Shown here piece by piece: positions 1 to 16,068 of a stretch of DNA of 64,000 nucleotides. The position numbers and the translations under genes are program-made. The notes under the pieces were generated by a model. That model had not been told where the DNA came from and did not search any database. It saw only the letters and a list, made by a program, of their open reading frames with translations. The first letter of the stretch is position 1. Every line of letters starts with the position of its first letter. The DNA comes from Octopus vulgaris (taxonomy: Eukaryota): the NCBI GenBank assembly GCA_951406725.2, contig OX597836.1:21700001-21764000 (forward strand). Reading direction: 5' to 3'.

Positions 1-49
1 ATGTGTGTGTGTGTGTGAAGTGAAGTGGTTTATTTCCACATTGGAAAGA

Positions 50-465
50 ATATAGGAGACTTGGTTTGGAGTTTGAAAACGCACTTAAGGCTCAAAATGA
101 GTTGTAGTTTTAAATTTCATTGACAAATTTACTGAAATATCATACCGGTTTCAACAATCTCTTATTTTTCTTTTTCTTTTTTTTTGAAAGGTTCAAGAGA
201 AGTTTTCTGTTTTTCTATTACAGTGAAATTTATTGGATATTGAAATTTGTTTGAATGTTTGATTTTTTAAAGTATGTTTTATCGAATTTTACTCTTGTAA
301 TTCCAGTTTCTCTTAACCCCCTTTTTTTATTACTATTTACCACTGAAAAGCAAAAACATTATTAAAACCGGTATGGTATTTTAATAAACTTGTCAAACAA
401 TTTGAAACTACAATTCGTTTTAAGACTTGGATGTATTTTCGACCTGAAACCAACTTCTCATACAC
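50..465. mobile_element. Degraded MITE-like element with ~100 bp imperfect terminal inverted repeats
   Basis: 91-151 (ctcaaaatgagttgtagttttaaa...cataccggttt) is an imperfect reverse complement of 366-424 (aaaccggtatg...aaactacaattcgttttaag); weaker similarity extends outward. No TSD resolved. Confidence 0.55.
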
Positions 466-469
466 ATAT

Positions 470-1912
<1,443 letters not shown>

Positions 1913-2252
1913 GTAATGCAATGATTTAGGAACAGCGACATTTCTTACACCATGTAATAAACTCCTCGGTTCCAACGCACGGTTTCAGACCAAATCATTT
2001 ACCAGACATGTAAGTACGACTCTGAAAAGTGCAGACATTATGGCGTGGTTCTGTGGTTAAGTAGCTCGCTTTAGAACTACGTTGTCTTCAGTTCAATCTC
2101 ACCGCGCGTTATCTTAGGCCAATGTCTTCTACTATAGCTCCGAACCAACCAATGACTTCTAAGGGAATTTAGTAGACAGGAACTTTATGGAAGCTCATTG
2201 TTTACATACATGCTTATGTGTGTGTATGTGTGTGTGTGTGTGAGTGTGTGTA

Positions 2253-2482
2253 GGCGGCGAGCTGGCAGAAACGTTAGCACGCCGGGCGAGATGCTTAGCG
2301 GTATTTCGTCTGCGTTACGTTGTGAGTTCAAATTCCGCCGAGGTCGATTTTGCCTTTCATCCTTTCAGGGTCGATAAATTAAGTACCAGTTACGCACTGG
2401 GGTCGATGTAATCGACTTAATACCTATGTCTGTCCTTGTTCGTCCGCTCTGTGTTTAGCCCCTTGTGGGTAATAAAGAAATA
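2253..2482 (+). mobile_element. SINE family A (~230 bp; head ggcggcgagctggcagaaacg, tail gccccttgtgggtaataaagaaata), full length
   Basis: Near-identical copies recur throughout the window; B-box-like gagttcaaattcc; resembles octopus SINEs (recall). Confidence 0.9.
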
Positions 2483-3186
2483 GGTATGTGTGTATGTGTG
2501 TGTGTGTGTGTATGTGTATGTGTGTGTGAGTGTGTGTGTGTGTGTGTGAGTGTGTGTAAGTGTGCATGCATGTACTTTCAGCCGAACTTCACATTGCGTT
2601 TCATTTTATTGAAACTTAGCTTCATCTCATCCATTATTCAAAACCGGTTATAACAGCAATGCAAGAAATTCTTATTGAGTTACATGCTGTGAAAGTGTGT
2701 ACGCATGTATGTTTGTATGACAACTGATGTTGGCCTCTTCACTTCACTGTAAGCGAAACCGAGAGAATAAGTATCACACTTATTAAATTAGCTCTGCCGT
2801 TTATAGAGTTTTCTCAGCACATTCAAGTAAAGTTGGACGTACGAATTAATATTCGTTACAAAAACTGCTTCCGTCGCTAATTGCTAGTTTACACACAGCC
2901 TGTCAGCTCTTTGCGATACTACTGGCTGTTTAGTCAGTGTTAAGCTGTATCGGTTTGACGAGGTTTCGTCCTTACATTCCTAGTTTCGGTGTCTATTACT
3001 AACGACGCAAAAACACACTGAAATCACGTGATACAATACTCCCACCACTGGTGCCGACGAAATTCGTCTGTCAATTTAATCTGTTTTTTTTTTTGTTTTT
3101 TTTAAGCACTATATGTCTATTCGAGATAATTTTTTAGTAGTGTGGCGTTTTCCCACCGTATCGAAGTTAAGTTGGTTGTACAAATT

Positions 3187-3272
<86 letters not shown>

Positions 3273-3277
<5 letters not shown>

Positions 3278-3672
3278 GTAAAAAAATATACAAATTGGGA
3301 CAAGAACATGAAACATTTAGAAGACGACACAAAAAACACGGACGGGACATTCGAAGCCCTCAATCATCAGTCAAGAACCGGATCATCTTCACAATTTCGG
3401 CTGATTAATCTTGAAATTGCTCCGATCTGGGCAGCCCACAAGGGAAATCTATGCCAAGCGCATTAGATTCCTTGGAAGAAAGCCTCGAATGTATACAACA
3501 CAGGGACGGAAAACGATGTTACACGAATAAAAATACAAAAATACGTAAAAACAATAATGATAGCACGAATAAGAATACAAAATACGTAAAAACAATAATG
3601 GTAAGGATAACAACAAAACCAGGACGTCAGGACAAGCGTCTTTTCGACAGGACGAGTTAAGTTTTGAGCTGG
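3273..3672. mobile_element. Unclassified dispersed repeat between dinucleotide tracts (gggacaagaac...tttcggctgat family)
   Basis: Related copies at ~4355-4516 (opposite strand), ~6864-7030, ~10955-11000, ~50881-51280 and ~60877-61018. Confidence 0.65.
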
Positions 3673-3771
<99 letters not shown>

Positions 3772-3903
3772 TAATTAATATTATCAAAGGGTAATCGGAA
3801 ATATTAGAAATTTCCATTACCGTTGGCCTAGCATGTAGAAATTTAGTCAATAGACTATATGTTATTCATATAAATACAGTGTACATTTAAACACATTTAA
3901 ACA

Positions 3904-3999
<96 letters not shown>

Positions 4000-4510
4000 T
4001 GTATGTATATTGCAAACAACTTGTCGGTGCAAGTGCTACATGTTCAAAGCTTCAAATACCGGATGTTAGCAAGCTTGTGGGGACATCATTATTGCGCACC
4101 GACCACCATCACTGCTCGCTAGATCATCTGCTTACTATGTTTCGCTCAGTTTTCTTCTAGCCATTGCACATCGTCTCTTTTTAACCAAATCCAGTGGCTT
4201 ACTTTCTCCACTGTAGCCTGGATATCACTCATGATGGTATTTGCTTTTACGATGATTTAGGCCTAGTGACAACAACAATTGCCCCACACTGTGGTCAATG
4301 AATCCTCTACATCCATCATCGATTGGGTAATGTTCTATATGTATGTATGCATATATCAGCCGAAATTGCAAAGATAATCTGGAACTCGACTGAGGATAGA
4401 AAACTCCGAATGATCCGTCCTTGTCTTCCTTGTATCGTCTGTCTGGATACTTTCTTTTCCTATTTCTTGTTTCACCTGTCTGGATGTTTTCTGTTCTTGT
4501 CCCATTTTTG

Positions 4511-4569
<59 letters not shown>

Positions 4570-5100
4570 TTTATACATAAATGTGTTTTGACAGAAATCT
4601 GGTTTAACTAACCCATAAATCTTTTCAGAATTTTCAGAAATCGTTTGTGAGTTTGTGTTCTAGACTGAGGAATTCATACGATTATGCAAAAAGATGAAAA
4701 ATCTTTTGTATGTAATTCAAGGGAGATTTAGCTATTGTTCTTAGCACATCCCACAACCATCTGATACCTTCGTTTCTCTGTCACTCTGACGTGTATTAAT
4801 GTTTTAACATATTTTTCTCCCTATAAATGCATTTAATGGAATGATGATGCGCCCGGGGAGTTATTAAACCCTGATTTTTTAAGGAAATTCGAGAAAGAGT
4901 GGAAATTTTAGGAGCCATGGGTAGTGAAGGAATGTTAACATTTTTTTAAAATTAATTTTTTTTTATAATCGTAACAATTCCCGCGTATAGAATACAAATT
5001 CGCAAAAAATTTTTGAAAACTCCAAAAGATGATAAAGTTATGAGGAGTTTTATGGGGTGCTAAAACCAGAATTTTGCCTGTGTTTTTATATGGAATTATA

Positions 5101-5498
5101 ATCCTTTCTACTACAGGAACAGGGCCTGGATTTTTGATGGGGGAGATAGTCGAGCACATCGACCCCAGTACTTGACTGGTTCTTAATTTTTCGACCCAGG
5201 AAAGGATGGAAGACAAAGTCAACCTCGGCGGAATTTGAACTCACAACGTAGCGACGAGCGAAATACCCATTTCTTTACTACCCACAAGGGGCTAAACACA
5301 GAGGGGACAAACAAGGACAGACAAACGGATTAAGTCGATGATATCGACCCCAGTGTGTAATTGGTATTTATTTAATCGACTCCGAAATGATGAAAGGCAA
5401 AGTCGACCTCGGCGGAATTTGAACTCAGAACGTAACGGCAGACGAAACACCGCTAAGCATTTCGCCCGGCGTGCTAACGTCTCTGACAGCTCGCCGCC
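5101..5498 (-). mobile_element. Composite SINE family A: full copy 5269-5498 joined to a variant partial copy 5101-5268
   Basis: Two tandem central domains (cgaccc...gaaaggatg...ggaatttgaactc); whole unit flanked by the direct repeat ttatatgga(a/g)ttataat. Confidence 0.85.
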
Positions 5499-5860
5499 TT
5501 ATATGGAGTTATAATAAAAACCATTTAACATTAAACAGAAGAATGATTCAATACTTCTTGTAGTGTATATATTTAGTGGATATACAGAGACTTCGAAGTT
5601 AGAGGCTAGTAGGCTGAAACTTCGAAGTCGGTATCATTACTGTTTTGTAGAAGTGTAATTAATACGCACGCGCATGAGTGTGTAGAAGGGTGCACAACCT
5701 CCCGTTCAAGCGGTTGTTAGCACAAACAGATCGCATGCAACTCTACAAGATGTATGCTGACATTAAGAATGGAATTCGGTGGATTGTTTTATAAATAATG
5801 AGAAAAACTGGGTTGGTTCTACGGCCACATACACACATACATACATGCATACATACATAC

Positions 5861-5891
<31 letters not shown>

Positions 5892-6243
5892 CATACATAC
5901 ATACATACATACATACATACATACATACATACATACATACATACATACATACATACATACATACATACATGCATGCATACATACATACATACATACCTAC
6001 ATACATAGAAACAGTATGTACATATGTACATACATACATACATACAAACATACATACATATACACACGTACTCCACTGATGTGATATACTCATGTAGATG
6101 CACATACAAACACACACTCATAGTTATGTGTACTTACACACACACACATTTATATATATATTACAACATTCTGCTTTCATTGGTTTTTACCTACTGGTGG
6201 GATGATCAAACGTATGATAATACTCATATACTCATATATATAT

Positions 6244-6473
6244 ATTTCTTTACTACCCACAAGGGGCTAAACACAGAGGGGACAAACAAGGACAGACAAA
6301 AGGATTAAGTCGATTACATCGACCCCAGTGCGTAACTGGTACTTAATTTATCGACCCCGAAAGGATGAAAGGCAAAGTTGCCCTCGGCGGAGTTTGAACT
6401 CGGAACGTAACGACAGACGAAATACCGCTAAGCATTTCGCCCGGAACGCTAACGTTTCTGCCAGCTCGCCGCC
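6244..6473 (-). mobile_element. SINE family A, full length
   Basis: Reverse complement of 2253-2482; TSD-like taatactca at ~6218 and 6474. Confidence 0.9.
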
Positions 6474-6557
6474 TAATACTCAGATATATATGTGATATAC
6501 ACACAGGCGTGTGTGTGTTTGCGTGTATGTGTGTATGCTGCTTCCGCATGCACCTAA

Positions 6558-6638
<81 letters not shown>

Positions 6639-6640
6639 AC

Positions 6641-6674
<34 letters not shown>

Positions 6675-6777
6675 CGTTTGTGTGTGTGTATGTGTGTGTG
6701 TGTATAATAATACAGATGGGTTATCCCCGATCTACTTTGGGGACACTGTTATTGAAATACCTTCATTCTATTCGACG

Positions 6778-6865
<88 letters not shown>

Positions 6866-7067
6866 GGAATAAAAACGCAATAGAGGACAATAAAACAACA
6901 TTCGGACAGACAGGCGATACAAATGCGGACAGGAGAAACAACAATTAGAAGGACAGGAAAAAAGAAACAGAGACGGGTCACTCATGGCATTCTTTCCTCA
7001 GTCTAGTTTAACAGAAGTCTTTACTGTTTCGATAATAATAAAATTAATAATATTAATAATAATAATG

Positions 7068-7131
<64 letters not shown>

Positions 7132-7186
7132 GTCACAACAAAAGAATGAGATTTCGATATTAGAGAAATACAGGATCATTTATATA

Positions 7187-7300
7187 TGTTATAATTCAGA
7201 ACAAACAGTAAAAGGTGGTCATTATAGTACTCAGAGTTTCAAATTTGAAACTCTGAGTACTATAACGACAACCTTTTACCGTTTGTTCTAAATTATAACA
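7187..7300. repeat. Near-perfect 114 bp palindrome
   Basis: tgttataattcagaacaaac...tactcagagtttcaaa|tttgaaactctgagta...gtttgttctaaattataaca; no loop, about 4 mismatched pairs. Confidence 0.93.
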
Positions 7301-7454
7301 CACACACCTATTTTTATCACCTTCATAGTTAATATATTTGTGCGAGTGTACGGTTTTTTTGCTTGTGTGCGCGTGTGTGTATATATGTGCGTGAGAATAT
7401 TTTTGTATATATGCTTATTCATGTGTGTGTTTGAATATTATCTGCAGATATACG

Positions 7455-7510
<56 letters not shown>

Positions 7511-7613
7511 CCAATGAGAGAGAGAGCGAGTGCATGATTGTGATTGTGCATGTGTGTGTGTGTATGTGTTATGCATGAATATATACCTAGATGCATATAG
7601 ACATATATGCATA

Positions 7614-7645
<32 letters not shown>

Positions 7646-7653
7646 CATATATG

Positions 7654-7744
<91 letters not shown>

Positions 7745-7799
7745 TGTGTGTATGTATATATATATATGCTGTTAAATACTGTTGTATACATACATATAT

Positions 7800-7854
<55 letters not shown>

Positions 7855-7885
7855 CATATATACACATATATACATATATATATAT

Positions 7886-7944
<59 letters not shown>

Positions 7945-8321
7945 TGAGTGTATATATATATATATATATATATATACTGCTAAATACTGCTGTTATTGAA
8001 ATTCCCAGCTGCGACATTAAACATACAAATTTTATGCATCTACTGTATGAAGTGTTACTTAATTATTGACGCAGGTTTATCTTCAAATGTATTCTGTTTC
8101 ACACTCTGTGATATATACACAATCTTATCCATGCAGATTGTTTTTTTTTTTTGTTTTTTTTTTTTTCATCTCTTCATATTACTTGTCAATTCAAGGAGAA
8201 AAACCTTGACGAGTCTTTGATTGTTGATGTTGAGGAGATCTGAAAAGATTGAAAATATGAAACACCAGTTTCTATGCACTTTAATACTTACCATCCTCTC
8301 TCTCTCTCTCTCTCTCTCTCT

Positions 8322-8448
<127 letters not shown>

Positions 8449-9007
8449 CCTCTCTCACATTCTCACCACTCTCTAATTCTCTCTCAGTTTCTTCGTTCTG
8501 CATCCTTCACTAACTTTCGGTTTTTCACCTGATCTCTTTCACGCTTAATTCTTCATTGCAATTCTTGCATTTTTTCTTAGCATCACACATTTTCTCTCTT
8601 TCTTTCCTTTTCCATTCCTTACATACCCCCCTCTCTCTTTCTCTCCGATTTTCTCTGCTATTTTTTCTTTAGTTTTTCTCATTGCAGTTATGATTCACTT
8701 TTTTTGCACAGAATTAAAATTTCAAGATGATGAATATTAAAACGTAGTGACATATTCATATGACTGTGTATACTAGGACACATATACATGTATATATGTA
8801 TGTGTGCATATATATATATATATAATTAGAGGTAGTGTATATATGTATATCTGATTTTTCTATGTATATATAGCCATTCTCTGTTATGTAAAAATATACA
8901 TACGAACCCACAACATACCTACCTACATATATATACATATGTATATAAAAATATATATATACTTAGTGGTTGTGTATGTATATATACATATATAATTATA
9001 TATACAT

Positions 9008-9074
<67 letters not shown>

Positions 9075-10102
9075 TATATTATCTTTCTATATATAATTTG
9101 TGTGTTTGTACTTTCAGTATAGCATAAATTGGCAATTGTCACAATAAATTTGATGAGATATAAAAATATTTTTCCTTTTACATTTATTTTTGTGACATTT
9201 CTTTTTGGAATTCTCTTCCTTCAGAAAATATTGTTTTTTTTACTTTAAAGAAAATTTTTACAAAATTGCAGCAAACTACATTAGGGCGTAAGAGGGAAGT
9301 GATTTTTACGACAGACCTAGATACTTAGCTTAATCTACATTAAACAATACAAATGTGTAGGAAAAGGAAAATAATCCATCGCATAGTTTAAATGTATCCA
9401 CGTATGTTGCTAGGTGTTTTCCAACAGTTAGCACACATACTAACGAAAATAATTAATGAAAAATTCTATTAAAGCTATCAATAGTTTTATGGGAAAACGA
9501 GCGGAAACATACGAACGTAAATCTTTTGCAGCAATTAAAAATCTATTTAAAAAAAACATACAATGAACCCAACCTGAATGCAGTTACAGAAATATTATCT
9601 AACTAGTTGGATTTAAATCACCTGCCAAAAGAAATATTGTACAAAGATGGCGTAGATATCAATAGACTGCACTTTAAAGAGGTACATTGTGTTAACGGAG
9701 AATACGTTTAATGCCAGATACAACCAATTGTTTAGATCCGTTATATGAATTGCCTCTCGGCTTTCAAAACACATACGGTCTTCAAAAGACAAAGAAGGAA
9801 GCATTTCCATGCAATACTCCATTTTATAATGGAATATTGTGAGGAGACTTGTGACATAGGTAATGCCAAACAACACGGCGGTTACTATTATTATTATTAT
9901 TGATAATATAATTCACTGCCTGATAGTGAACTGCAGTTTCTGCGGAATTACTCGTGGCACACGTGGGTGATTGAGGATGAATGCGAGATCTCATTCGTCT
10001 GTTTGAATTCGGAAGTACTGGTTTTTGGATATATGCTATTCGATGGCGCTTGGTCGAGTACGTATGTTAATTATCAGGGTTCTCAAATTTAAAACTTGAA
10101 AT

Positions 10103-10186
10103 ACTATACTGAGGAAGGGAATAAGTGGGTAGAAATATGATTTAACATCTTCTTACATCTCTTTAATACCGAAACGCGTATACAGT
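10103..10186 (+). ncRNA. Type I hammerhead-ribozyme-like motif (Penelope-like element type), long stem II
   Basis: actata-CTGAGGA-...-GAAA-cgcg-TA-tacagt: intact core boxes, palindromic stem III, stem I with one mismatch. Confidence 0.55.
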
Positions 10187-10366
10187 TAATCAAAGCAGGG
10201 TGGATTCGTTATTTTTTTTTCTTTACCTGTATGAGTTGTAGAGTATTGCTGTCTGGAAGGTATCTTATGGCAGTAGAATAGTATTTTAACTGCTATTTCT
10301 AAATTTCGGTATGTCGTGAAGCAAATTTTTCTGAACCCTAATTATAATTATGCTCATAATTATAGA

Positions 10367-10695
<329 letters not shown>

Positions 10696-10782
10696 GTATG
10701 AGTTTACGAAAAAACAAAAGACGAAGACAGGTGGTGTACAAAACAAACAGATGTATTAGTATAACGCTCAGGAATAGAAACT

Positions 10783-10818
10783 CTTTTACGTTTCGAGCCT
10801 ACGCTCTTCTACAGAAAG
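10783..10818 (-). ncRNA. Minimal type I hammerhead-ribozyme-like motif
   Basis: Minus strand cttt-CTGTAGA-a-gagc-gtag-gctc-GAAA-cg-TA-aaag; stems I and II perfect; core has one deviation from CUGANGA. Confidence 0.6.
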
Positions 10819-10903
10819 GGACACTGAAAAAAAAAAAAAACAAGGAGAGAAAAAAATGTGTGTAGTGGCTAACGATACATACATACATACATACATACAT
10901 ACA

Positions 10904-10955
<52 letters not shown>

Positions 10956-11075
10956 AAATACAAAATGGGACAAGAACGTAAAACATATAATAGTATTTTA
11001 CTGATTTAATATAAAGAATAACTGATTTCACCGATTCAGTAGCGGAAATTCTTTGCTAAAACATTAACTCTGTAA

Positions 11076-11134
<59 letters not shown>

Positions 11135-11176
11135 ACACACACACATAACGATAGATTGATAGGTAGATAGATAAAC

Positions 11177-11216
<40 letters not shown>

Positions 11217-11270
11217 GGATATATATATATAGATAGATAGATATATAGATGGATATATATATATATATAT

Positions 11271-11408
<138 letters not shown>

Positions 11409-11922
11409 GGATAGATAGATAGTTAGGCAGGTACAGATGTGTATAGATGTATGCATATATTGTACCTATGTGTGTGTTGTGCATTTCTGTGTGGGTGTGT
11501 ATATATGGCTGTGTTAGCTTGCAGTACCAGTGTTTACATCGGTGAACAATAACAGTTAAATGTCGAACATCGATGCGAAATGTCAAAGTTTCCCAGTAAA
11601 GCGCCAACATTTCTGCCTACCCACACACAAACGTACTTACCCATAATACACACATACATACATACATGCCACGAACGCATATACACATACAATCACATGT
11701 ACGGCTACGCCTACGTATGAATATAGGTACATACACATATACGCATACACCTACATATACGTATATACACACACACTCGCACACACATATCCAACGCACA
11801 AATGTCTTGTACCGTTCTCTCTCTCTCGCTGACATCTCACCGTTGGTAAAAAAAAAAAATGCTTCAGAAAACAATGAAGGAGCAAACTTGAAGAAGTTGA
11901 AGGAGACTGGGTGGTATGCGGT

Positions 11923-12006
<84 letters not shown>

Positions 12007-12024
12007 TACACAAACACACACACG

Positions 12025-12068
<44 letters not shown>

Positions 12069-12110
12069 TACACACACGCATACACACACACACAAATAGA
12101 TATAATGGTG

Positions 12111-12228
<118 letters not shown>

Positions 12229-12382
12229 ACACGCACACACACACACACGCATACACACACACAAATGGATATAATGGATATATAAATATACATGGTTATA
12301 TGTGTTTTTCTGCGTGTTTACATGTATATACACACACACATATATATATTTGTACACATATATATCTATATATATAATTATT

Positions 12383-12446
<64 letters not shown>

Positions 12447-12673
12447 GATAGATATATATATATATAAAGGAGTAAGTGGGCAAACGAAAGAAAAAGGCAC
12501 TCAAAGCATTTAGTAGGAGTTACATATACTATTACTTAAAACAGTTTGATCCAGCCCCCATGCAACTCGAAACTTTAAACCAACCTCGTACAGGTTTAGC
12601 TAACTAGGTTTCTGTAACGAGGCCCGCAAAGCTTTAAGTAGTGTGAAGCCGAATCAAACTGCTTTAAATTAGT

Positions 12674-13695
12674 TACGCGGGGGTACCGAAAAGAAACCGG
12701 AATTTTGTAATATTATTTTATTCACTTAATTTTACATGTTTACACTTTTATCGCCTTCAAAGTATTCTCCATGTGAAGCAGTGCATCTCCATCCGCGTTT
12801 TCCACTATTCGAAGTTGTACTGGAACTCTTGCGAAGTGATGCCTTTTAATGCCTATTTCTTTACTACCCACAAGGGGCTAAACACAGAGGGGACAAACAA
12901 GGACAGACAAACGGATTAAGTCGGTTACATTGACCCCAGTGCGTAACTGGTACTTAATTTATCGACCCCGAAAGGATGAAAGGCAAAGTCGACCTCGGCG
13001 GAATTTGAACTCAGAAAGTAACGCCAGACAAAATACCGCTAAGTATTTCGTCCGGCGTGCTAACGTTTCTGCCAGCTCACCGCCTTCGTTTCTGCCAGCT
13101 CACCGCCTTCGTTTCTGCCAGCTCACCGCCTTCGTTTCTGCCAGCTCACCGCCTTCGTTTCTGCCAGGTCGCCGCCTAGATGCCTTTTAATACCTCCATC
13201 TTTTTTTTATTTTTCTTCACCTCTTCCACATCTGCCAATTTCGTAGCACCAGCTTTCGTCACCAGATGATCTTCCAAAAAAGATCCGGATTAACTTCCAA
13301 CTGTTCTTTCAGTTCACGGCACGCATTCAGTCGTGACTGCTTCTGATCTTCTGTGAGCAAGGAGGCACAACTTTTGCAGCAACTCTCCTCATATGCAATT
13401 CGTTGCCCCAAATTCGTTGGCAGGAGCTTCAGGACACACCAGTCATATCAACAAGTTCGTCTGTTTTTCGGCGACGGTCTTCCAAGATCAGCTCATGGAT
13501 TTTCGTAATGTTTTCATTTGTTCGGGAGGTCGACTATTCCTAAAGTGTGGGAACTTGTGTCTTGCTCACAGCAGCGTCCTTGTAGGCTGTTTTAGGCATG
13601 ACAACTGTGTTTCGGCCGGCGTTTTCTCCAGAAGAAAACAGAATTTCACAGAAGCGCGCTGTTCCTTTGTTTCAGCCATCGCAAAAATCGATGAA
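12674..13695 (-). mobile_element. Degraded, internally deleted mariner (Tc1/mariner) transposon
   Basis: Minus-strand translation: MAETKEQRASVKFCFLLEKT (ATG at 13679), MRRVAAK..LLTEDQKQSR, GDESWCY and C-terminal HGEYFEGD; TA-cgcgggg end at 12674; stops and frameshifts; interrupted by a SINE. Confidence 0.85.
12854..13177 (-). mobile_element. SINE family A inserted in the mariner, 5' end amplified as 5 x 23 bp
   Basis: TSD gatgccttttaat(g/a)cct on both sides; unit cgtttctgccagctcaccgcctt starts at 13064, 13087, 13110, 13133, 13156. Confidence 0.92.
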
Positions 13696-13895
13696 CAGTG
13701 TCCCTATTGTGACTTCATAGCGAAATCCATGCCTGGACTCAAATCACATTCACGCATCCATCGAAAATAGGTGCAGCTTTTTTTATTTAAATTTTTTTCT
13801 TCACCCCTTTTTTTAAAAAAGTCTTCTCCCTCAAACACTCATACGTTGAAATCGACGGGAGTGACATTATCATCATCATCATCATCATCATCATT
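13696..13895 (+). mobile_element. 3' end of an RTE-like LINE
   Basis: QCPYCDFIAKSMPGLKSHSRIHRK* resembles the C-terminal C2H2-like motif of RTE ORFs; short 3' UTR ending gacgggagtgaca then an (ATC)n tail. Confidence 0.6.
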
Positions 13896-13918
13896 ATTAT
13901 CATTATTATTATTATTAT

Positions 13919-14341
13919 TCTATGTTTGACTTTTGCTTTATGTCTGTACAAGTTGGCTCCAAGTCTCACCCAGAGACCTCAAGAGACAACAGGTTGGAAG
14001 TTCTGTGCCATATATTTGGGGGGGGGGCTGTTGTACTAGTGAGTGTCTAATACATAAAAATAAAAAAAAATAAATAAAAAATGAAAAATAAAAAAAAGTT
14101 TGTTTTAAACCTTGGGATTACATAGAGAGTATTTTGCGTAGGATATGAGCAGTTCCCATGAGCACTATCTTTTGAATTTCTGCCATTTTGGGGTTTCCTG
14201 GTATCTGAGTTAGGTAGCAATCAGTCCCTTTCGCTATCATTCCCAGGGCACCTATGACAACAGGTATTGTTTTAGTCTTCAGCTTCCACATTTTGCTGAT
14301 TTCTATTTCAAGATCTTTATATTTGCTCAGTTTTTGGTAAA
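13919..14341 (-). mobile_element. 5'-truncated R4/Dong-like non-LTR retrotransposon (RLE C-terminus plus 3' UTR)
   Basis: KLSKYKDLEIEISKMWKLKTKTIPVVIGALG...IQKIVLMGTAHILRKILSM*; (AAT)n on both sides when read on the sense strand. Confidence 0.85.
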
Positions 14342-14342
14342 G

Positions 14343-14398
<56 letters not shown>

Positions 14399-14410
14399 GT
14401 TCTTTTTCAG

Positions 14411-14491
14411 ACGAATTTTGCGAACCGCACAATATGTTTCCTTCAAAAGAGGAATTGATTGATAATCCAGAGATCGATGTGCAATTAATTG
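14411..14491 (+). CDS. Internal coding exon of a PMP22/EMP/claudin-superfamily tetraspan protein (end of extracellular loop 1)
   Basis: tctttttcag acceptor, gtgagt donor, 81 nt, phase 1-1; reads xEFCEPHNMFPSKEELIDNPEIDVQLI and joins in frame (G|AT) to the exon at 25720. Confidence 0.8.
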
Positions 14492-14764
14492 GTGAGTAGT
14501 TTTATTTCTTCAATATCGTTTGTGTTATTAGAAGTATATCTAACAGAAAAGAAATTATATAGAGAGCCTCTCAATGACGTGAAACTGAACAAATAAATAC
14601 CGTTAGAATGCTTGTCTGTGATGGTCTTCCTGTCAAACTGCTAAAGGCTGAAAGTAAAAAGTAACACATGTAGAATTTGAAGTCATCGCCAAGAGCTGGA
14701 CTGGTACCCCAAAAGAATAGAGTGATGGCATTTTAGTGCTTTTGTTCAAGGGTAAAGAAGAAAA

Positions 14765-15684
14765 TACATACACATATGCATACATACATACATACATACA
14801 TACATACATACATACATACATACATGCATGCATGCATACATACATACATACATACATACATACAAACATACATATATACATACATACATACATATATACA
14901 TGCATACATACAAACATACATACATACATACATACATACATGCATGCATACATACATACATACATACATACATACACATATACATACATACATACATATA
15001 TACATACATACATACATACATACATACATACATACATACAAACATACATACATACATACATACATATATACATGCATACATACAAACATACATACATACA
15101 TACATACATACATACATACAAACATACATATATACATACATACATACATATATACATGCATGCATACATACATACATACATACATACATACATACATACA
15201 TACATACATACATACATACATACATACATACATACATACATACATACATGCATACATACAAACATGCATACATACATACATACATACATACATGCATACA
15301 TACATACATACATACATGCATGCATACATACATACATACATATGCATACATACATACATACATACATACATACATACATACATACATACATACATACATA
15401 CATACATACATACATACATACATACATACATACATGCATACATATGCATACATACATACATACATGCATGCATGCATGCATACATACATACATACATGCA
15501 TGCATGCATACATACATACATACATACATACATACATACATACATACATACATACATACATACATACATACATACATACATGCATGCATACATACATACA
15601 TACATACATACATACATACATACATACATACATACATACATACATACATACATACATACATACATACATACATACATACATACA

Positions 15685-15718
<34 letters not shown>

Positions 15719-15732
15719 CATACATACATACC

Positions 15733-15766
<34 letters not shown>

Positions 15767-16008
15767 CATACATACATACATACATACATACATACATACA
15801 TACATACATACATACATACATACATACATACATACATACATACATACATACATACATACATACATACATACATACATACATACATACATACATACATACA
15901 TACATACATACATACATACATGTATACATACATACATACATACATACATACATACATACATACATACATACATACATACATACATGCATACATACATACA
16001 TACATACA

Positions 16009-16040
<32 letters not shown>

Positions 16041-16068
16041 CACATGCATACATACATCATACATACAT
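14765..16068. repeat. ~1.3 kb (TACA)n microsatellite with TGCA/TATA/AACA variants
   Basis: Direct reading; source of the 330-500 aa YIHT/MYVC pseudo-ORFs. Confidence 0.97.

Noticed and set aside
9937-10057. Candidate upstream exon (ctgcag...A|gtacgt, open frame FLRNYSWHTW...)
   Set aside because: Phase would fit the 14411 exon, but the acceptor lacks a pyrimidine tract, there is no claudin W-GLW motif and it adjoins repeat-like sequence.
13393-13770. 125 aa zinc-finger protein
   Set aside because: Chimera of antisense mariner sequence and a LINE C-terminal motif.
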